Below, in pieces: positions 9,399 through 19,467 of a DNA stretch of 64,000 bases. The position numbers and the translations under genes were made by a program. The notes beneath the pieces are model-generated. The model saw only the letters and a program-made list of their open reading frames with translations, did not search any database and was not told the DNA's origin. Source of the stretch: Candidatus Latescibacterota bacterium (GTDB lineage Bacteria; Latescibacterota; UBA2968); NCBI GenBank assembly GCA_965207885.1, contig OZ242311.1, forward strand, positions 2,144,001 through 2,208,000, given 5' to 3'. Position 1 is the stretch's first letter. The number at the start of each line of letters is the position of its first letter.

Positions 9399-11573
9399 TC
9401 ACAGCAAAGTTCCCTGAACAGGTTCTTCGACGAGTCCAGCTCGAATGCGCTGAGATAGGGTCGTGTGTCGCTCTGCAACCCGATTGTTGCGAACAGCCAT
9501 CCCCAGAGCCTGTTTTGTTCCTGCGAGTACGACCAGTTCTCGCGCCCGAGTAATGGCTGTGTACAACAAGTTGCGCTGTAACATCATATAGTGTTGCGTG
9601 GTCAAGGGCATTACCACGGCGCGAAATTCTGCACCCTGGCTCTTGTGTACACTCATGGCATAGGCCAGCACCAACTCGTCTAATTCCGAAAACTCGTATT
9701 CTAAGACGCGGTCCTGAAATCGCACGCGCAATATATCATCCTCTATTCCCTGGACGCGCCCAATATCACCGTTAAAAACATCGCGGTCGTAGTTATTTCG
9801 CACCTGCATCACTTTGTCGCCCACTCGAAAGCGGATACCGCCCCGCGTCATCTCCTGTCCTTTGGGATTTAACTCGTCTTGCAAGACCTGGTTGAGATTG
9901 TTCGCGCCGGTTTCCCCTCGATACATCGGCACGAGTACCTGGATATCTTCAATACTGTCCAAACGATATGTGCGCGGTAAGCGTGCAGCACACAATCCAC
10001 AAACCATCTCTACGACCTGGTCGGGTTCCGAGACTTCGAGAAAAAAGAAATCCGCATCGCGATCATTCTGTAAGTATGGCATTTCGCCGCGATTGATCGC
10101 GTGGGCATTGGTAATGATGCGGCTCGTTTGTGCCTGCCGAAAGATCTCGTTGAGTTCCACGACTTCGACAATGCCAGATGCAATGACATCCTTCAACACA
10201 TTTCCCGCGCCGACCGATGGCAACTGATCGACGTCGCCTACCAGGACTACCGAAGCGCTGATTGGAACAGCGCGCAATAGACTGTTCATCAGAACCGTAT
10301 CGACCATGGATATTTCATCGACAATCAGGGCTTCGATCTCCAGGGGGTTCTCAAAATTTTTCTCAAACGCCATTTCAGATGGGCTAAATTTTAGCAATCT
10401 GTGGATGGTTTTGGCCTCATGCCCGGTCGCCTCAGACATCCGCTTGGCCGCGCGTCCCGTTGGCGCTGCCAGTGCGATTTTTTTGTTTCGCGCCTCTAAA
10501 AGTGCGATGAGTCCCTTAATGGTCGTTGTTTTACCCGTTCCCGGCCCCCCCGTCAATACCAGCAAATTGTGCGATAATGCCTTTTCTAAGGCTAATTTTT
10601 GACGGGGCGCGAATGTGACCCCGTCGCGCTGTTCTATGGCTCTGATCTCCGCCGGGATATTGCCCAGTTCAATGCGTTGTACCTGGGATAATTGATAGCA
10701 CCGCGTTGCGGCGCCCTGTTCGGCATAGTACAAATGTGGCAAATACACCCGCTCATCATCTACCACAATTGATTCTTCGGAGAGCAATTGCGCTACGCAT
10801 GGTGGGATTGCATCAATAGGGACATCGAGTGCTTCGGCACACGATTCAATGAGCGCGTCCTCGGGCAAGAAAACATGGCCTTCTTTGTCTGCGGCTTCAT
10901 TGAGTACATGCAAAAGACCGGCCTGGATGCGCCGGTCTGAATGCGCGGGTATGCCCATTTTTTGCGCGATGCGGTCTGCCGTCAAAAAGCCAATGCCCCA
11001 AACATCTACCGATAGGCGATAGGGATTTTCCCGAATCAATTCAACGGCTTCATGCCCGTACCGTTTCCATATTTTTACGGCGTATCCCGTGCCCACTTCG
11101 TGCGATTGCAAGAATAGCATGACATTGTGAATTTCGCGCTGGTCTTCCCAGGCTTTGATAATCCACTTTGCGCGTTTGGCTCCCAATCCTTCGACTTCGA
11201 CCAGTCGTTTGGGATCTCTTTCGATGACATCGAGAGCTTCTTTTCCAAAGTGATCCACAATCCGCTTTGCCGTGACTGGCCCAATGCCTTTGATCAATCC
11301 CGAACCCAAATACCGCCGCATTCCCTCTACTGTAGATGGATGCACGGTCTGGTAGGATTCAATTTTGAATTGTGCCCCATATTGCTTATGGGTTGTCCAT
11401 TCGCCTTCCAAAACCACGGTCTCACCCGGGTTGATAGACAGCATTTCGCCCACAATGGTAGCCGGACGGTTGTTGTATGCGGCCAATCCCTCTACCTGCA
11501 AACGGGCAACCGTGTATCCATTCTCTTCGTTTTGAAATGTAATGCGATCCACAATTCCGCGAAGCTGAGCCAT
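9399..11573 (-). CDS. recD2: ATP-dependent RecD-like DNA helicase
   Basis: N-terminal RITFQNEENGYTV, HhH IKGIG, Walker A GGPGTGKT, APTGRAAKR, DEISM, YAMSVHKSQG. Start moved to ATG 11573. Confidence 0.93.
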   Translation of the reverse strand: MAQLRGIVDRITFQNEENGYTVARLQVEGLAAYNNRPATIVGEMLSINPGETVVLEGEWTTHKQYGAQFKIESYQTVHPSTVEGMRRYLGSGLIKGIGPVTAKRIVDHFGKEALDVIERDPKRLVEVEGLGAKRAKWIIKAWEDQREIHNVMLFLQSHEVGTGYAVKIWKRYGHEAVELIRENPYRLSVDVWGIGFLTADRIAQKMGIPAHSDRRIQAGLLHVLNEAADKEGHVFLPEDALIESCAEALDVPIDAIPPCVAQLLSEESIVVDDERVYLPHLYYAEQGAATRCYQLSQVQRIELGNIPAEIRAIEQRDGVTFAPRQKLALEKALSHNLLVLTGGPGTGKTTTIKGLIALLEARNKKIALAAPTGRAAKRMSEATGHEAKTIHRLLKFSPSEMAFEKNFENPLEIEALIVDEISMVDTVLMNSLLRAVPISASVVLVGDVDQLPSVGAGNVLKDVIASGIVEVVELNEIFRQAQTSRIITNAHAINRGEMPYLQNDRDADFFFLEVSEPDQVVEMVCGLCAARLPRTYRLDSIEDIQVLVPMYRGETGANNLNQVLQDELNPKGQEMTRGGIRFRVGDKVMQVRNNYDRDVFNGDIGRVQGIEDDILRVRFQDRVLEYEFSELDELVLAYAMSVHKSQGAEFRAVVMPLTTQHYMMLQRNLLYTAITRARELVVLAGTKQALGMAVRNNRVAERHTTLSQRIRAGLVEEPVQGTLL

Positions 11574-11700
11574 ATAAAACCTCGGCGAACATGTTCTCCC
11601 ATCACACAATCGGAGTGGTAGAGGAATTATACGACACTTGCCGCGGTTTTACAAGTTGCTCTCGATATGGCGTTTACTCTCACCATTTTTGCTGGGTCAT

Positions 11701-14169
11701 TTACTCATCTCTCAAAGTATCCACGGGATTAGATACAGCAACTCGTATGGCTTGATAACTCACAGTGCATAAAGCAATCATCAGCATAAGAACGCCACTC
11801 AATAAAAAAACACCTATTCCAAAATCAATCCGATAAGCAAAATTCTCAAGCCAGCGTTGTGCGGCATAATAAGCGACAGGCCAGACAATCAGATTGGCGA
11901 TGAGGATCAGTTTTACAAAATCCTTTGAAAGCAACAGAACAATATTCAATACTGTTGCGCCCAAAACTTTCCGAATACCGATCTCTTTGGTGCGCTGTTC
12001 AGCAGTATAAGCAGATAGGGCGAACAAACCGAGGCAAGCAATAAAAATGGCCAGGATAGTAAAAGCATGAAGTACCTGTCCAAGACGCACTTCCTTTTGA
12101 TACATCGTATTCAGTTGGTCGTCCATGAACCAGAACGTGAAAGGTCGGTTGGGGACAAAACGCTGCCAGGTCTTATCCAGGAATTCAATCGTTTCTAAAA
12201 TATTTTTGGACTGAATTTTGAGTGCGAGATAAGAATAAAAACCCGTTCGCATATAAATGCCCATAGGACCGATTTTTTCTCGCAAGGATTGATGATGATA
12301 ATTTTTAATTACCCCAATTACACGCCCTTTGCGAGGCAAAAACACGACTTCTATTTGTTTGCCAAGCGATTTCTTCCAGCCCAAATATTTCACTGCTGAC
12401 TCGTTGAGAAGAATTGCTTCGGTAAAATCGCTGCTCATTTCCGTAGAGAAGTTACGACCAGAAAGAAGTTCGATTTCAAATGTGTCGAGATAATCCTCAT
12501 CGGCCTGCTGAAACGCCATGTGAATTTCCCGATCTTGAATGCCTTCTGCACGAATCAAACGCAGACGGTTGGTGCCCATACCAAAAGGAAAATTATAAGC
12601 GGTCGCCTTGAACACGTTGGGGTGTTCCAAAAAGGCTTGTTTGACCACGTTGTAACGCGAAGCCAAACGCTCATTGGGGTCTGTCCTGGCCCCCCGATGC
12701 GTAATGAAGATGGGCAAAACCACAATGTGTTCTTTGTTGAATCCCAGCTTTTTTGTTTTTATATACACGAGCTGACGCGATACCATTATTGTGGCAACAA
12801 TCAGCAAAATGGAAATCGCAAACTGGACAACAACGAGGCTCTTACGCAATGATGTTTCTCGACCTCTCATCTTTCCGGTGCCTTTGAGCACCTCAATAGG
12901 ATGAAATTTCGACAGAAACAGTGCGGGATAACTTCCCGACAAAAGACCGACAAACAGGGTGACCGCTATTAGCCCCAATAAGAGCGTCCAATCGTTGAGG
13001 ATATTCAGATTCAGGTCGCGATTTAGAAAGGTGTTGAGAAAAGGAAGAGCGGCTTTGCCTATCATAACGGCCAGAGGCAGGGCAAAAAACGCGATGAGAA
13101 TAGATTCGTTCAGAAATTGCTGGATCAACTGCTGCCTATGTGCGCCCACAACCTTTCGCATGCCGACTTCCCGAGCGCGATTCGTTGAACGGGCTGTGGA
13201 AAGGCTCATGAAGTTGATGCACGCAATCGCCAACACGGCAACTCCCGCACAGGCAAACATGTAAACCTGTCGAATATCTCCCTGTACGCCAGGGCCCCGT
13301 TTGACAATCGCTTGTCGAATATTCTCTTCTGTTTCAATAGCATAATCGACATTTGAATAAAGATGTACACGATTCAGGGATTGCAAGTGATAGGTTGTGG
13401 TCGCGCGAACTTGAGGACCTATGTAGCGGTTGATCAAATCGGGCAGTTTGCGTTCCAAGTCGGCAGATTTTGCGTTTGGATGCAACAAGATATATGTGAC
13501 AAACATACGGTTTTGCACATCTTCCCATCTTGTCCATTTGTCTTGAATATAGGAGTCGCCAACAGTTGAATGTAGAAAGTCGATTTGCAAACTCGTATTG
13601 GTAGACAAATCGCGCAAGACGCCCGTCACTTTGAATTCGCCATGCCAGAACCGCCCATCAACCGTGAGAATTTTACCCATGGGGTTTTCATCGCCGAAAT
13701 ATTTTCGAGCCATCTTCTCAGTCAAAACAATGGTATATGGCTCTTGAAGCGCGGTTTGCGGTTTGCCCTTTAGAAAGGGAATTTGAAAAATGTCAAAGAA
13801 AGACGCATCAACCAGATCGAACTTCTGCTGGAAAAATTTATCTTTGTATCTCAACATAATCTCGTGACGCCCCATGCGCGTCGCTTGCTGAACTTCTGGA
13901 AAATCGCGCATCAGCGCATCGGCCAGCGCGCCGGAGGTATTTGCCTCGTAGTGTGCCTGGTCTGCACCGGTTGAACGCGTTTCCCGAATAACCCGATAAA
14001 TGCGATCCGAATTTGGATAAAAGCGATCGTAACTCAATTCGTGCTGGACAAAACACAGCATCAGAATAAAACTGGCCATGCCAATCGCCAATCCAGAGAC
14101 GTTCATAAGCGTATAAATTTTGTACTTGAACAGATGTCGAATGGTGACGATTATATAATTTTTTAACAT
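11701..14169 (-). CDS. MacB/FtsX-like ABC transporter permease (orphan, duplicated domains)
   Basis: MLKNY..GLAIG..ELSYD, IACINF..LSTAR..REVG.RKV.GA, RTKEIGIRKVLGA, NPV..LR.E. Start at ATG 14169. Confidence 0.92.
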   Translation of the reverse strand: MLKNYIIVTIRHLFKYKIYTLMNVSGLAIGMASFILMLCFVQHELSYDRFYPNSDRIYRVIRETRSTGADQAHYEANTSGALADALMRDFPEVQQATRMGRHEIMLRYKDKFFQQKFDLVDASFFDIFQIPFLKGKPQTALQEPYTIVLTEKMARKYFGDENPMGKILTVDGRFWHGEFKVTGVLRDLSTNTSLQIDFLHSTVGDSYIQDKWTRWEDVQNRMFVTYILLHPNAKSADLERKLPDLINRYIGPQVRATTTYHLQSLNRVHLYSNVDYAIETEENIRQAIVKRGPGVQGDIRQVYMFACAGVAVLAIACINFMSLSTARSTNRAREVGMRKVVGAHRQQLIQQFLNESILIAFFALPLAVMIGKAALPFLNTFLNRDLNLNILNDWTLLLGLIAVTLFVGLLSGSYPALFLSKFHPIEVLKGTGKMRGRETSLRKSLVVVQFAISILLIVATIMVSRQLVYIKTKKLGFNKEHIVVLPIFITHRGARTDPNERLASRYNVVKQAFLEHPNVFKATAYNFPFGMGTNRLRLIRAEGIQDREIHMAFQQADEDYLDTFEIELLSGRNFSTEMSSDFTEAILLNESAVKYLGWKKSLGKQIEVVFLPRKGRVIGVIKNYHHQSLREKIGPMGIYMRTGFYSYLALKIQSKNILETIEFLDKTWQRFVPNRPFTFWFMDDQLNTMYQKEVRLGQVLHAFTILAIFIACLGLFALSAYTAEQRTKEIGIRKVLGATVLNIVLLLSKDFVKLILIANLIVWPVAYYAAQRWLENFAYRIDFGIGVFLLSGVLMLMIALCTVSYQAIRVAVSNPVDTLRDE

Positions 14170-14174
14170 AGGTT

Positions 14175-14735
14175 TTATCTTTTTCGCGCAAAAATCCGCA
14201 ACCCCTGTGGCAATCCATCCAGCATATTCTCGCGCCAATTTTCGGGATGCGCGGCTGGTTTTTCGAAAAACTCGACGAGATCAAAACCCGTCTCAATCAA
14301 CGCCGTCACAAAATCGCTTACGGTCCAGTGGAAATTGAATTGCGTCGGTTTACCCTTGCGTTCTTCAAGCGAAACATCCGAAACCAAAGCATACCCCTTA
14401 CCTGTCTCAGGATTGTATAAATACTCTTTCGGTGTATGATCGAAATAATGATATTCCATGCGAATTTTATCTTCTGCGTCTTTCTCATCGTGAAAGTATT
14501 CACAATGATGCAGCACCTGCCGAGCCGCATAATTATCCCCACTGCCCAATACGCAGACCCGCTTACCACGCAAATTTCCAATATGCTTTCTCAATAAATA
14601 TTTCTGTCTATCCTCAAAACCAAAAAGTGAATCTTCAGCGCACGTCCGCCACCTTGCTGCAACATCTCGCCGCGCTTTCCATCGCGATGCTGTCACTTGC
14701 CACTTTTGCCTGTTTTTTTCATGCATCGGGTTCAT
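14175..14735 (-). pseudogene. Class I SAM-dependent methyltransferase with apparent in-frame internal deletion
   Basis: Motif I GKRVCVLGSGD is followed almost directly by C-terminal-type sequence (FHWTVSDFVTALIETGF..EFFE); the central strands appear absent. Confidence 0.6.
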
Positions 14736-14912
14736 CGTGCTGTCTCCCGTCGCGACCTATGTCGCTTTTAAGCGTTTGCACATTTAAATTATTTTATCGA
14801 TGTAAAACCAATTTTTGGCCTCCAAAACGCGCATAGCGATACCCTTTTCTTTATACAGGCCTTAAATTCGTGGAACACACAAACTATAAAATCCGTATAT
14901 TATCTCACAGCC

Positions 14913-15745
14913 CGTAAGACCCACTCGCAGAGAGCTTTAGCGTTGGGAAGCAGACGCGAGTTAGCGAGCGTTGTTTTGCAAGGGCTTCCGAATCCCTGCT
15001 TTCGCAGGGACATGCTTATGGTGCGGTGCTTCCGTGTAAAATCATCACGGAACATGCTTGGCATGGTGGCACATTGCTCAAGGCAATGTGGGCGGTGGAG
15101 CGGTGTACAAGTGCGCCAGCACTTCATCAACTAAAATCATTCGTTCACAGACCACATAAAACTTGCATAAGTTACTGTTTTTGTGTATATTTATGCTATG
15201 GAATACTTAACATACAAATACAAAATGTATAGTCTCTGTGATCGCAATATGTATATCCATAGGGATATAGATTCTTTTGCTGAGGTGTATAATCATTTCA
15301 TTGCTTTGCACAAGCGATACTATCGGCGTTTTGGCAAATATCCGAATAAGTTCACAATGATTAACCATTTGGCAAAGCTGAAAAGAACAACACGCTTTGC
15401 ACATTGGCGTTTGTTGCCGTCACAGGCATTGCAAAATGTGGTTGAGCGCATAGACTTTGGCTATCAGAAATTCTTTGCCAGAGATAATAAGCGTCCGCCC
15501 ACATTCAGGTCTCGCTTTCGGTATCAGTCCTATACGCTGAAGCAAGCAGGATACAAATTCCTTGAGCGTAACAAGGTGCGTATTGGCAAGCGTATATTCA
15601 GATACCATAAGAGCAGAAAGTTCGATGTAGAGCGTATCAAGACGGTCACAATCAAACGTGACCGCGTAGGCGATTTGTGGCTATGTGTTGTTGCAAAGGC
15701 TGAGGGTTTTAGAATCCCAATGCTTTAGATTTGGGAGTACGTCAA
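14913..15745 (+). mobile_element. IS200/IS605-family (tnpB-only, IS1341-like) element with internal deletion
   Basis: Left-end motif AAGACCCA..GCTTTAG..TGGGA (14915-14948) and right-end motif AGAATCCCA..GCTTTAG..TGGGAGTACGTCAA (15711-15745) enclose a truncated tnpB. No tnpA seen. Confidence 0.75.
15198..15728 (+). pseudogene. tnpB: TnpB N-terminal half; RuvC and Zn finger deleted
   Basis: TYKYKMY..VYN..SQALQNVVERID..YQKFF..P.F..YQSYTLKQAGYK..IKTVTIKRD..GD.W.CVV, then jumps to the terminal RIPML*. Confidence 0.85.
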
Positions 15746-15837
15746 TGAAACACAACATTTAACGGCTACGTCACAACGGAAAAGAGGTTGGCCCAAAAGC
15801 TATTGACACACCGCATGTACCTGTCGGTGTGATCTGG

Positions 15838-15885
15838 GGTCCTCGCGCCGTCCCGCCAAGAACTCGCGCGAGGGCCTTTCTTTTT
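15838..15885 (+). terminator. Intrinsic terminator-like hairpin
   Basis: 11-bp stem GGTCCTCGCGC/GCGCGAGGGCC followed by TTTCTTTTT. Confidence 0.6.
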
Positions 15886-15940
15886 GGTACACGACATGGT
15901 TGCCTTCGGGCCAACCATGTCACAAATTGAAATTTTCCCG

Positions 15941-16008
15941 AAAAACAAAAAGCACCTACCCGTCCCTTCACCAAATCGCCAACTTTGACGCAAGGAACAA
16001 GCAGGTGC
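15941..16008 (-). terminator. Long G.U-rich hairpin plus U-tract (terminator or sRNA 3' end)
   Basis: Minus-strand GCACCTGCTTGTTCCTT pairs fully with AAGGGACGGGTAGGTGC (4 G.U pairs) and is followed by TTTTTGTTTTT. Confidence 0.65.
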
Positions 16009-16162
16009 CTCGTGGACTGGTATGGCAACGCTGCTGAAACGCTGGGCGTTTCGAAAATATTGTTTTTTTTACAGGCCAGTCGGCAAAAAATATAGCCAAT
16101 CTTATATTTGGGGTCAAGGGAGAAAATGGATTGGGGCTCATAGATATGATTGAGGATAAAAA

Positions 16163-16783
16163 ATGAAGCGGTTTCTCATCGTTGTTTTACTCGGATTGAT
16201 ATGGACAGCTCATGCTGAAGAGGATCGCAAGACGGTTTTGTTTTTGGGAGATAGCCTGACTGCGGGTTATGGTCTGGATAAAACGCAGGCTTTTCCCGCG
16301 CTGATTCAGGCAAAGATCGATTCGCTCGGGTGGGCGTTTGATGTGATCAATGGCGGACTGAGTGGCGAAACATCGGCGGGAGGGTTGCGGCGGGTCAACT
16401 GGTTGTTGCGGCGAAAAATCGATGTGCTGGTGCTGGCATTGGGGGGCAACGATGGCTTGCGGGGGATTCCCACGACTGAAATGCAGCAAAATTTACAGGG
16501 GATTATAGATCGCGCAAAAGAGAAGTATCCAGATATTCAGATCATACTTATGGGTATTGAAGCACCGCCAAATTTGGGAGATATATATACGACGGCTTTC
16601 CGTGCGGTGTTCCCTGCTCTATCTGAAAAGAATCGCGTGCTTTTGATACCCTTTTTATTGGAAGGTGTTGGCGGGATTCCAGAGCTGAATCTGCCAGACC
16701 GCATTCATCCCAATGCTGCGGGACATCGGATTATCGCGGAAACCGTGTGGCGCATGCTTAAACCGGTTCTGGAAAAGAAGTGA
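16163..16783 (+). CDS. tesA: Arylesterase / acyl-CoA thioesterase I (SGNH hydrolase)
   Basis: GDSLTAGYG, SGETSAGG, LGGNDGLRG, DRIHPN; signal peptide. Confidence 0.9.
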   Translation: MKRFLIVVLLGLIWTAHAEEDRKTVLFLGDSLTAGYGLDKTQAFPALIQAKIDSLGWAFDVINGGLSGETSAGGLRRVNWLLRRKIDVLVLALGGNDGLRGIPTTEMQQNLQGIIDRAKEKYPDIQIILMGIEAPPNLGDIYTTAFRAVFPALSEKNRVLLIPFLLEGVGGIPELNLPDRIHPNAAGHRIIAETVWRMLKPVLEKK

Positions 16784-16788
16784 GAAAA

Positions 16789-19350
16789 TCACACTTCGCT
16801 TCGCAAAATTTCGAGTGGAGGGCGGTCGGCGATGCCGCGGCTGTTGAGCATGCCGACAAGGATGGTGAGCGCGGTGACGAGGATAAAGACACTGGCAATG
16901 GCCGCAGTGGGCAGGGCAAAGTGGATGTCAAAAATAAAGATGGTGACAGCCCAGGCACCGCCAATAGAGAGTATGAGTCCAGTCAGGGTAGCGAGTGCAC
17001 CCAGGAAAGTGTATTCCAGCAAGAGTATGCGGCGAATCTGTTTTTGAGATGCCCCCAAAGTACGCAGCAAAACGGCTTCACGAATGCGTTGATAGCGGCT
17101 GGTGGTGACTGCGGCAGTTAGCACAATGAGTCCGGTAATCACACTAAAGAGTGCCATGAAGCGCACGACAAAGGCGATTTGTGAGAGTACATCGTCAACG
17201 GTTTTGAGAATAAGGCCGAGGTCAACAGCCGATACATTGGGGTATTGTTGAACCAGTGTGCGTTGCAGTATAGCTGATTGTTCGGTTGTGTTGATGCGCG
17301 TGGTCAAGACGTGAAACTGAGGAGCGGTTTCGAGCACGCCCTTGGGAAAGACGATAAAAAAGTTCGGCTGAATGCGCTGCCAGTCAACCACTCGCAGGCT
17401 TTGTACTGTGGTTTGAACGGACACGCCCTGGATGTCGAAGGTCAGGGTATCGCCGAGCGAGACGCGAAGCGAGCGGGCAATGTCGCGCTCAAATGAAACG
17501 GGGATGGGTTCTTCTGTCCATGTTGCATTGATCCAGGTGCCGCCTACGAGGCGTTCTGAATCGAAGAGGTGATTTCGATAGGTCGAGCGGTATTCGCGTT
17601 GAATTGCCCAGCGCCGCACATCGTGTATTCTGCCGTAGGAACGCGCATCTTGACCTTTGATGCTCTTCAGGCGCATGGTGACGATGGGGGCACGGTGGAT
17701 GATGGGTAGATTTTGTTTGCGAAGCAACGCGCTTACACCTTCAATCTGATCAGTTTGCACATCGACGAGAACAAAATTGGGACGGTTGTCGCTCCCTGCG
17801 ATGGCAATTTGAGCGAGCAGGGCATGTTGCACAATATAGAGCGTGGTGATGAGAAAGGTGCCCAGGCCCAGTGCGAGCATGAGAATTACGGTCTGATTGT
17901 GTGGGCGATAGAGATTGGCCAGGCCCTGTCGCCATACGTATTGCCAGGTTGTGGGAAAGAAGCGGCGAACGGTTTTGATAATGAGCCACGATGCCCCTAT
18001 GAGCAGTCCAAAGGCAATGCCAAACCCGATGGCAATGCCAATTCCCATGAGGATACTGCTGGTTTGCAAAATGCCTAATCCCGCGACTATGAGACAGATC
18101 CCGCCGATGGTCATTAATTGCAGAGGGTCTATTTGAGATCGTGCGTTTTCAAAAGATGCCCGCAAGGTGTGCAGGGGCGATGTTCGACGTATCGGCAACA
18201 GGGGGAGCAGGGCGAAGAGCAGCGACAGACTCAGGCCAATGCCGGTGCCCTGAATGACCGCCCAATAGGAAAATTGAATATCGAGTTCAATGGGCAGGAT
18301 TTGTGCGAGAACACCGGGCAGGAGATACTGAATGCCCACACCGAGGAGAGAACCGCACCCCGTGCCAATAAGACCCAGCGCGATGGCCTGGATGGCGTAA
18401 ATGCAGAGGATCTGATTCGATTGCGCGCCCATGCAGCGCAGGATGGCGACGGTTGTTATTTTTTGGCGTGTATAAACGTGAATGGCACTGGCAACGCCGA
18501 TACATCCGAGCAAGAGGGCGGCAAAGGCGACAAGACTGAGGAAAATATAGAGATTATCCAATATGCGATTGAGGCGTCTTTGACGGCTGGCAACGGTTTC
18601 GGTCCGCAAATTTTGATCCCCGCGATAGGGGCGAAGTTCGCGCTGGATGGATCCGATTCTCGTGCTGCTATCAAACTTAAAATAAGCCACATAAGACGCC
18701 AGGCTGCCAAATTTGATGAGGCCCGTTTTATCGAGATGCGATAAGGGGATGTACACACGAGGTGCCACTGTGGCAAAGGCCATGGCCTCGCCCGATATTT
18801 TTGTGATGCGTCCGCCTATGACAAAGGTGTGGTTGCCAATTCGCACGGAATCGCCGACCTGAACGCCAAATTGGACGAGCAAGCCATCGTCGAGGAGCGC
18901 GTGATGGGTATGCTGAAAGGTCTTCGACGCTTGTAGTGGATTGGTTTCAAATGTGCCGTAATAGGGAAAGTCGCCTTGTAGCGCGCGCACCTGTACCAGG
19001 CGGGTTCCGCCGTTTTTGGGAAAGAAGACCATTGAGGCAAAGCGCACTTCTCGGGATTGTTCCCCACCCCATGAGTTGAATAGGGAGTCAACCGCAGGCG
19101 CAAAAGCGCGCTGGCTGCTGACGCGTAAATCAGCACCTAAAAGTGTGCGCGCTTCATTTTCGACAACGCGTTGCAGGTTATCGCCGAGCGCGCGCACAGC
19201 TACGAGCCCACCCACGCCGAGCAATATGCAGGATATAAAGAGCAGTAATCGGCGGCGATACGTGCGGCTATCGCGCCAGGCCATGCGCCAGGTCCAGGCG
19301 TTGAATAGTGGGCTGGAGGTCTGATTTTTAATGCTGGTGATTCGATCCAT
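16789..19350 (-). CDS. YbbP-like ABC permease
   Basis: AWRDSR, LLGADL, FPYYG, PNFVLVDVQ, REYRSTY, W..IQPNFF; adjacent to tesA and a YbbA-like ATPase. Confidence 0.88.
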   Translation of the reverse strand: MDRITSIKNQTSSPLFNAWTWRMAWRDSRTYRRRLLLFISCILLGVGGLVAVRALGDNLQRVVENEARTLLGADLRVSSQRAFAPAVDSLFNSWGGEQSREVRFASMVFFPKNGGTRLVQVRALQGDFPYYGTFETNPLQASKTFQHTHHALLDDGLLVQFGVQVGDSVRIGNHTFVIGGRITKISGEAMAFATVAPRVYIPLSHLDKTGLIKFGSLASYVAYFKFDSSTRIGSIQRELRPYRGDQNLRTETVASRQRRLNRILDNLYIFLSLVAFAALLLGCIGVASAIHVYTRQKITTVAILRCMGAQSNQILCIYAIQAIALGLIGTGCGSLLGVGIQYLLPGVLAQILPIELDIQFSYWAVIQGTGIGLSLSLLFALLPLLPIRRTSPLHTLRASFENARSQIDPLQLMTIGGICLIVAGLGILQTSSILMGIGIAIGFGIAFGLLIGASWLIIKTVRRFFPTTWQYVWRQGLANLYRPHNQTVILMLALGLGTFLITTLYIVQHALLAQIAIAGSDNRPNFVLVDVQTDQIEGVSALLRKQNLPIIHRAPIVTMRLKSIKGQDARSYGRIHDVRRWAIQREYRSTYRNHLFDSERLVGGTWINATWTEEPIPVSFERDIARSLRVSLGDTLTFDIQGVSVQTTVQSLRVVDWQRIQPNFFIVFPKGVLETAPQFHVLTTRINTTEQSAILQRTLVQQYPNVSAVDLGLILKTVDDVLSQIAFVVRFMALFSVITGLIVLTAAVTTSRYQRIREAVLLRTLGASQKQIRRILLLEYTFLGALATLTGLILSIGGAWAVTIFIFDIHFALPTAAIASVFILVTALTILVGMLNSRGIADRPPLEILRSEV

Positions 19351-19467
19351 GATAGAAATTAAAAATTAAAAATTAAGGCGTGGTGTACAACTGGTCCAGT
19401 CCAGACCTGTTCACGGTGATAGGGGTGTAGCACCCGTCTTTGGGTGGTTGGGCGGGGCCTTCACACT

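Noticed and set aside
14900-15134. ORFs 14900-15130 (-) and 14943-15134 (+) as tnpA
   Set aside because: No HUH motif or catalytic Tyr; they look like chance frames over structured DNA.
15140-15235. Group I intron/IStron core (GTTCACAGACCA resembles R; AATGTATAGTC resembles S)
   Set aside because: The P7 pairing has a mismatch, the S-like word lies inside tnpB codons, and no convincing P/Q elements were found.
16007-16018. PyrR-binding loop (AGTCCACGAGGC on the minus strand)
   Set aside because: One nt short of ARUCCnGnGAGGY, and no pyrimidine gene lies downstream.
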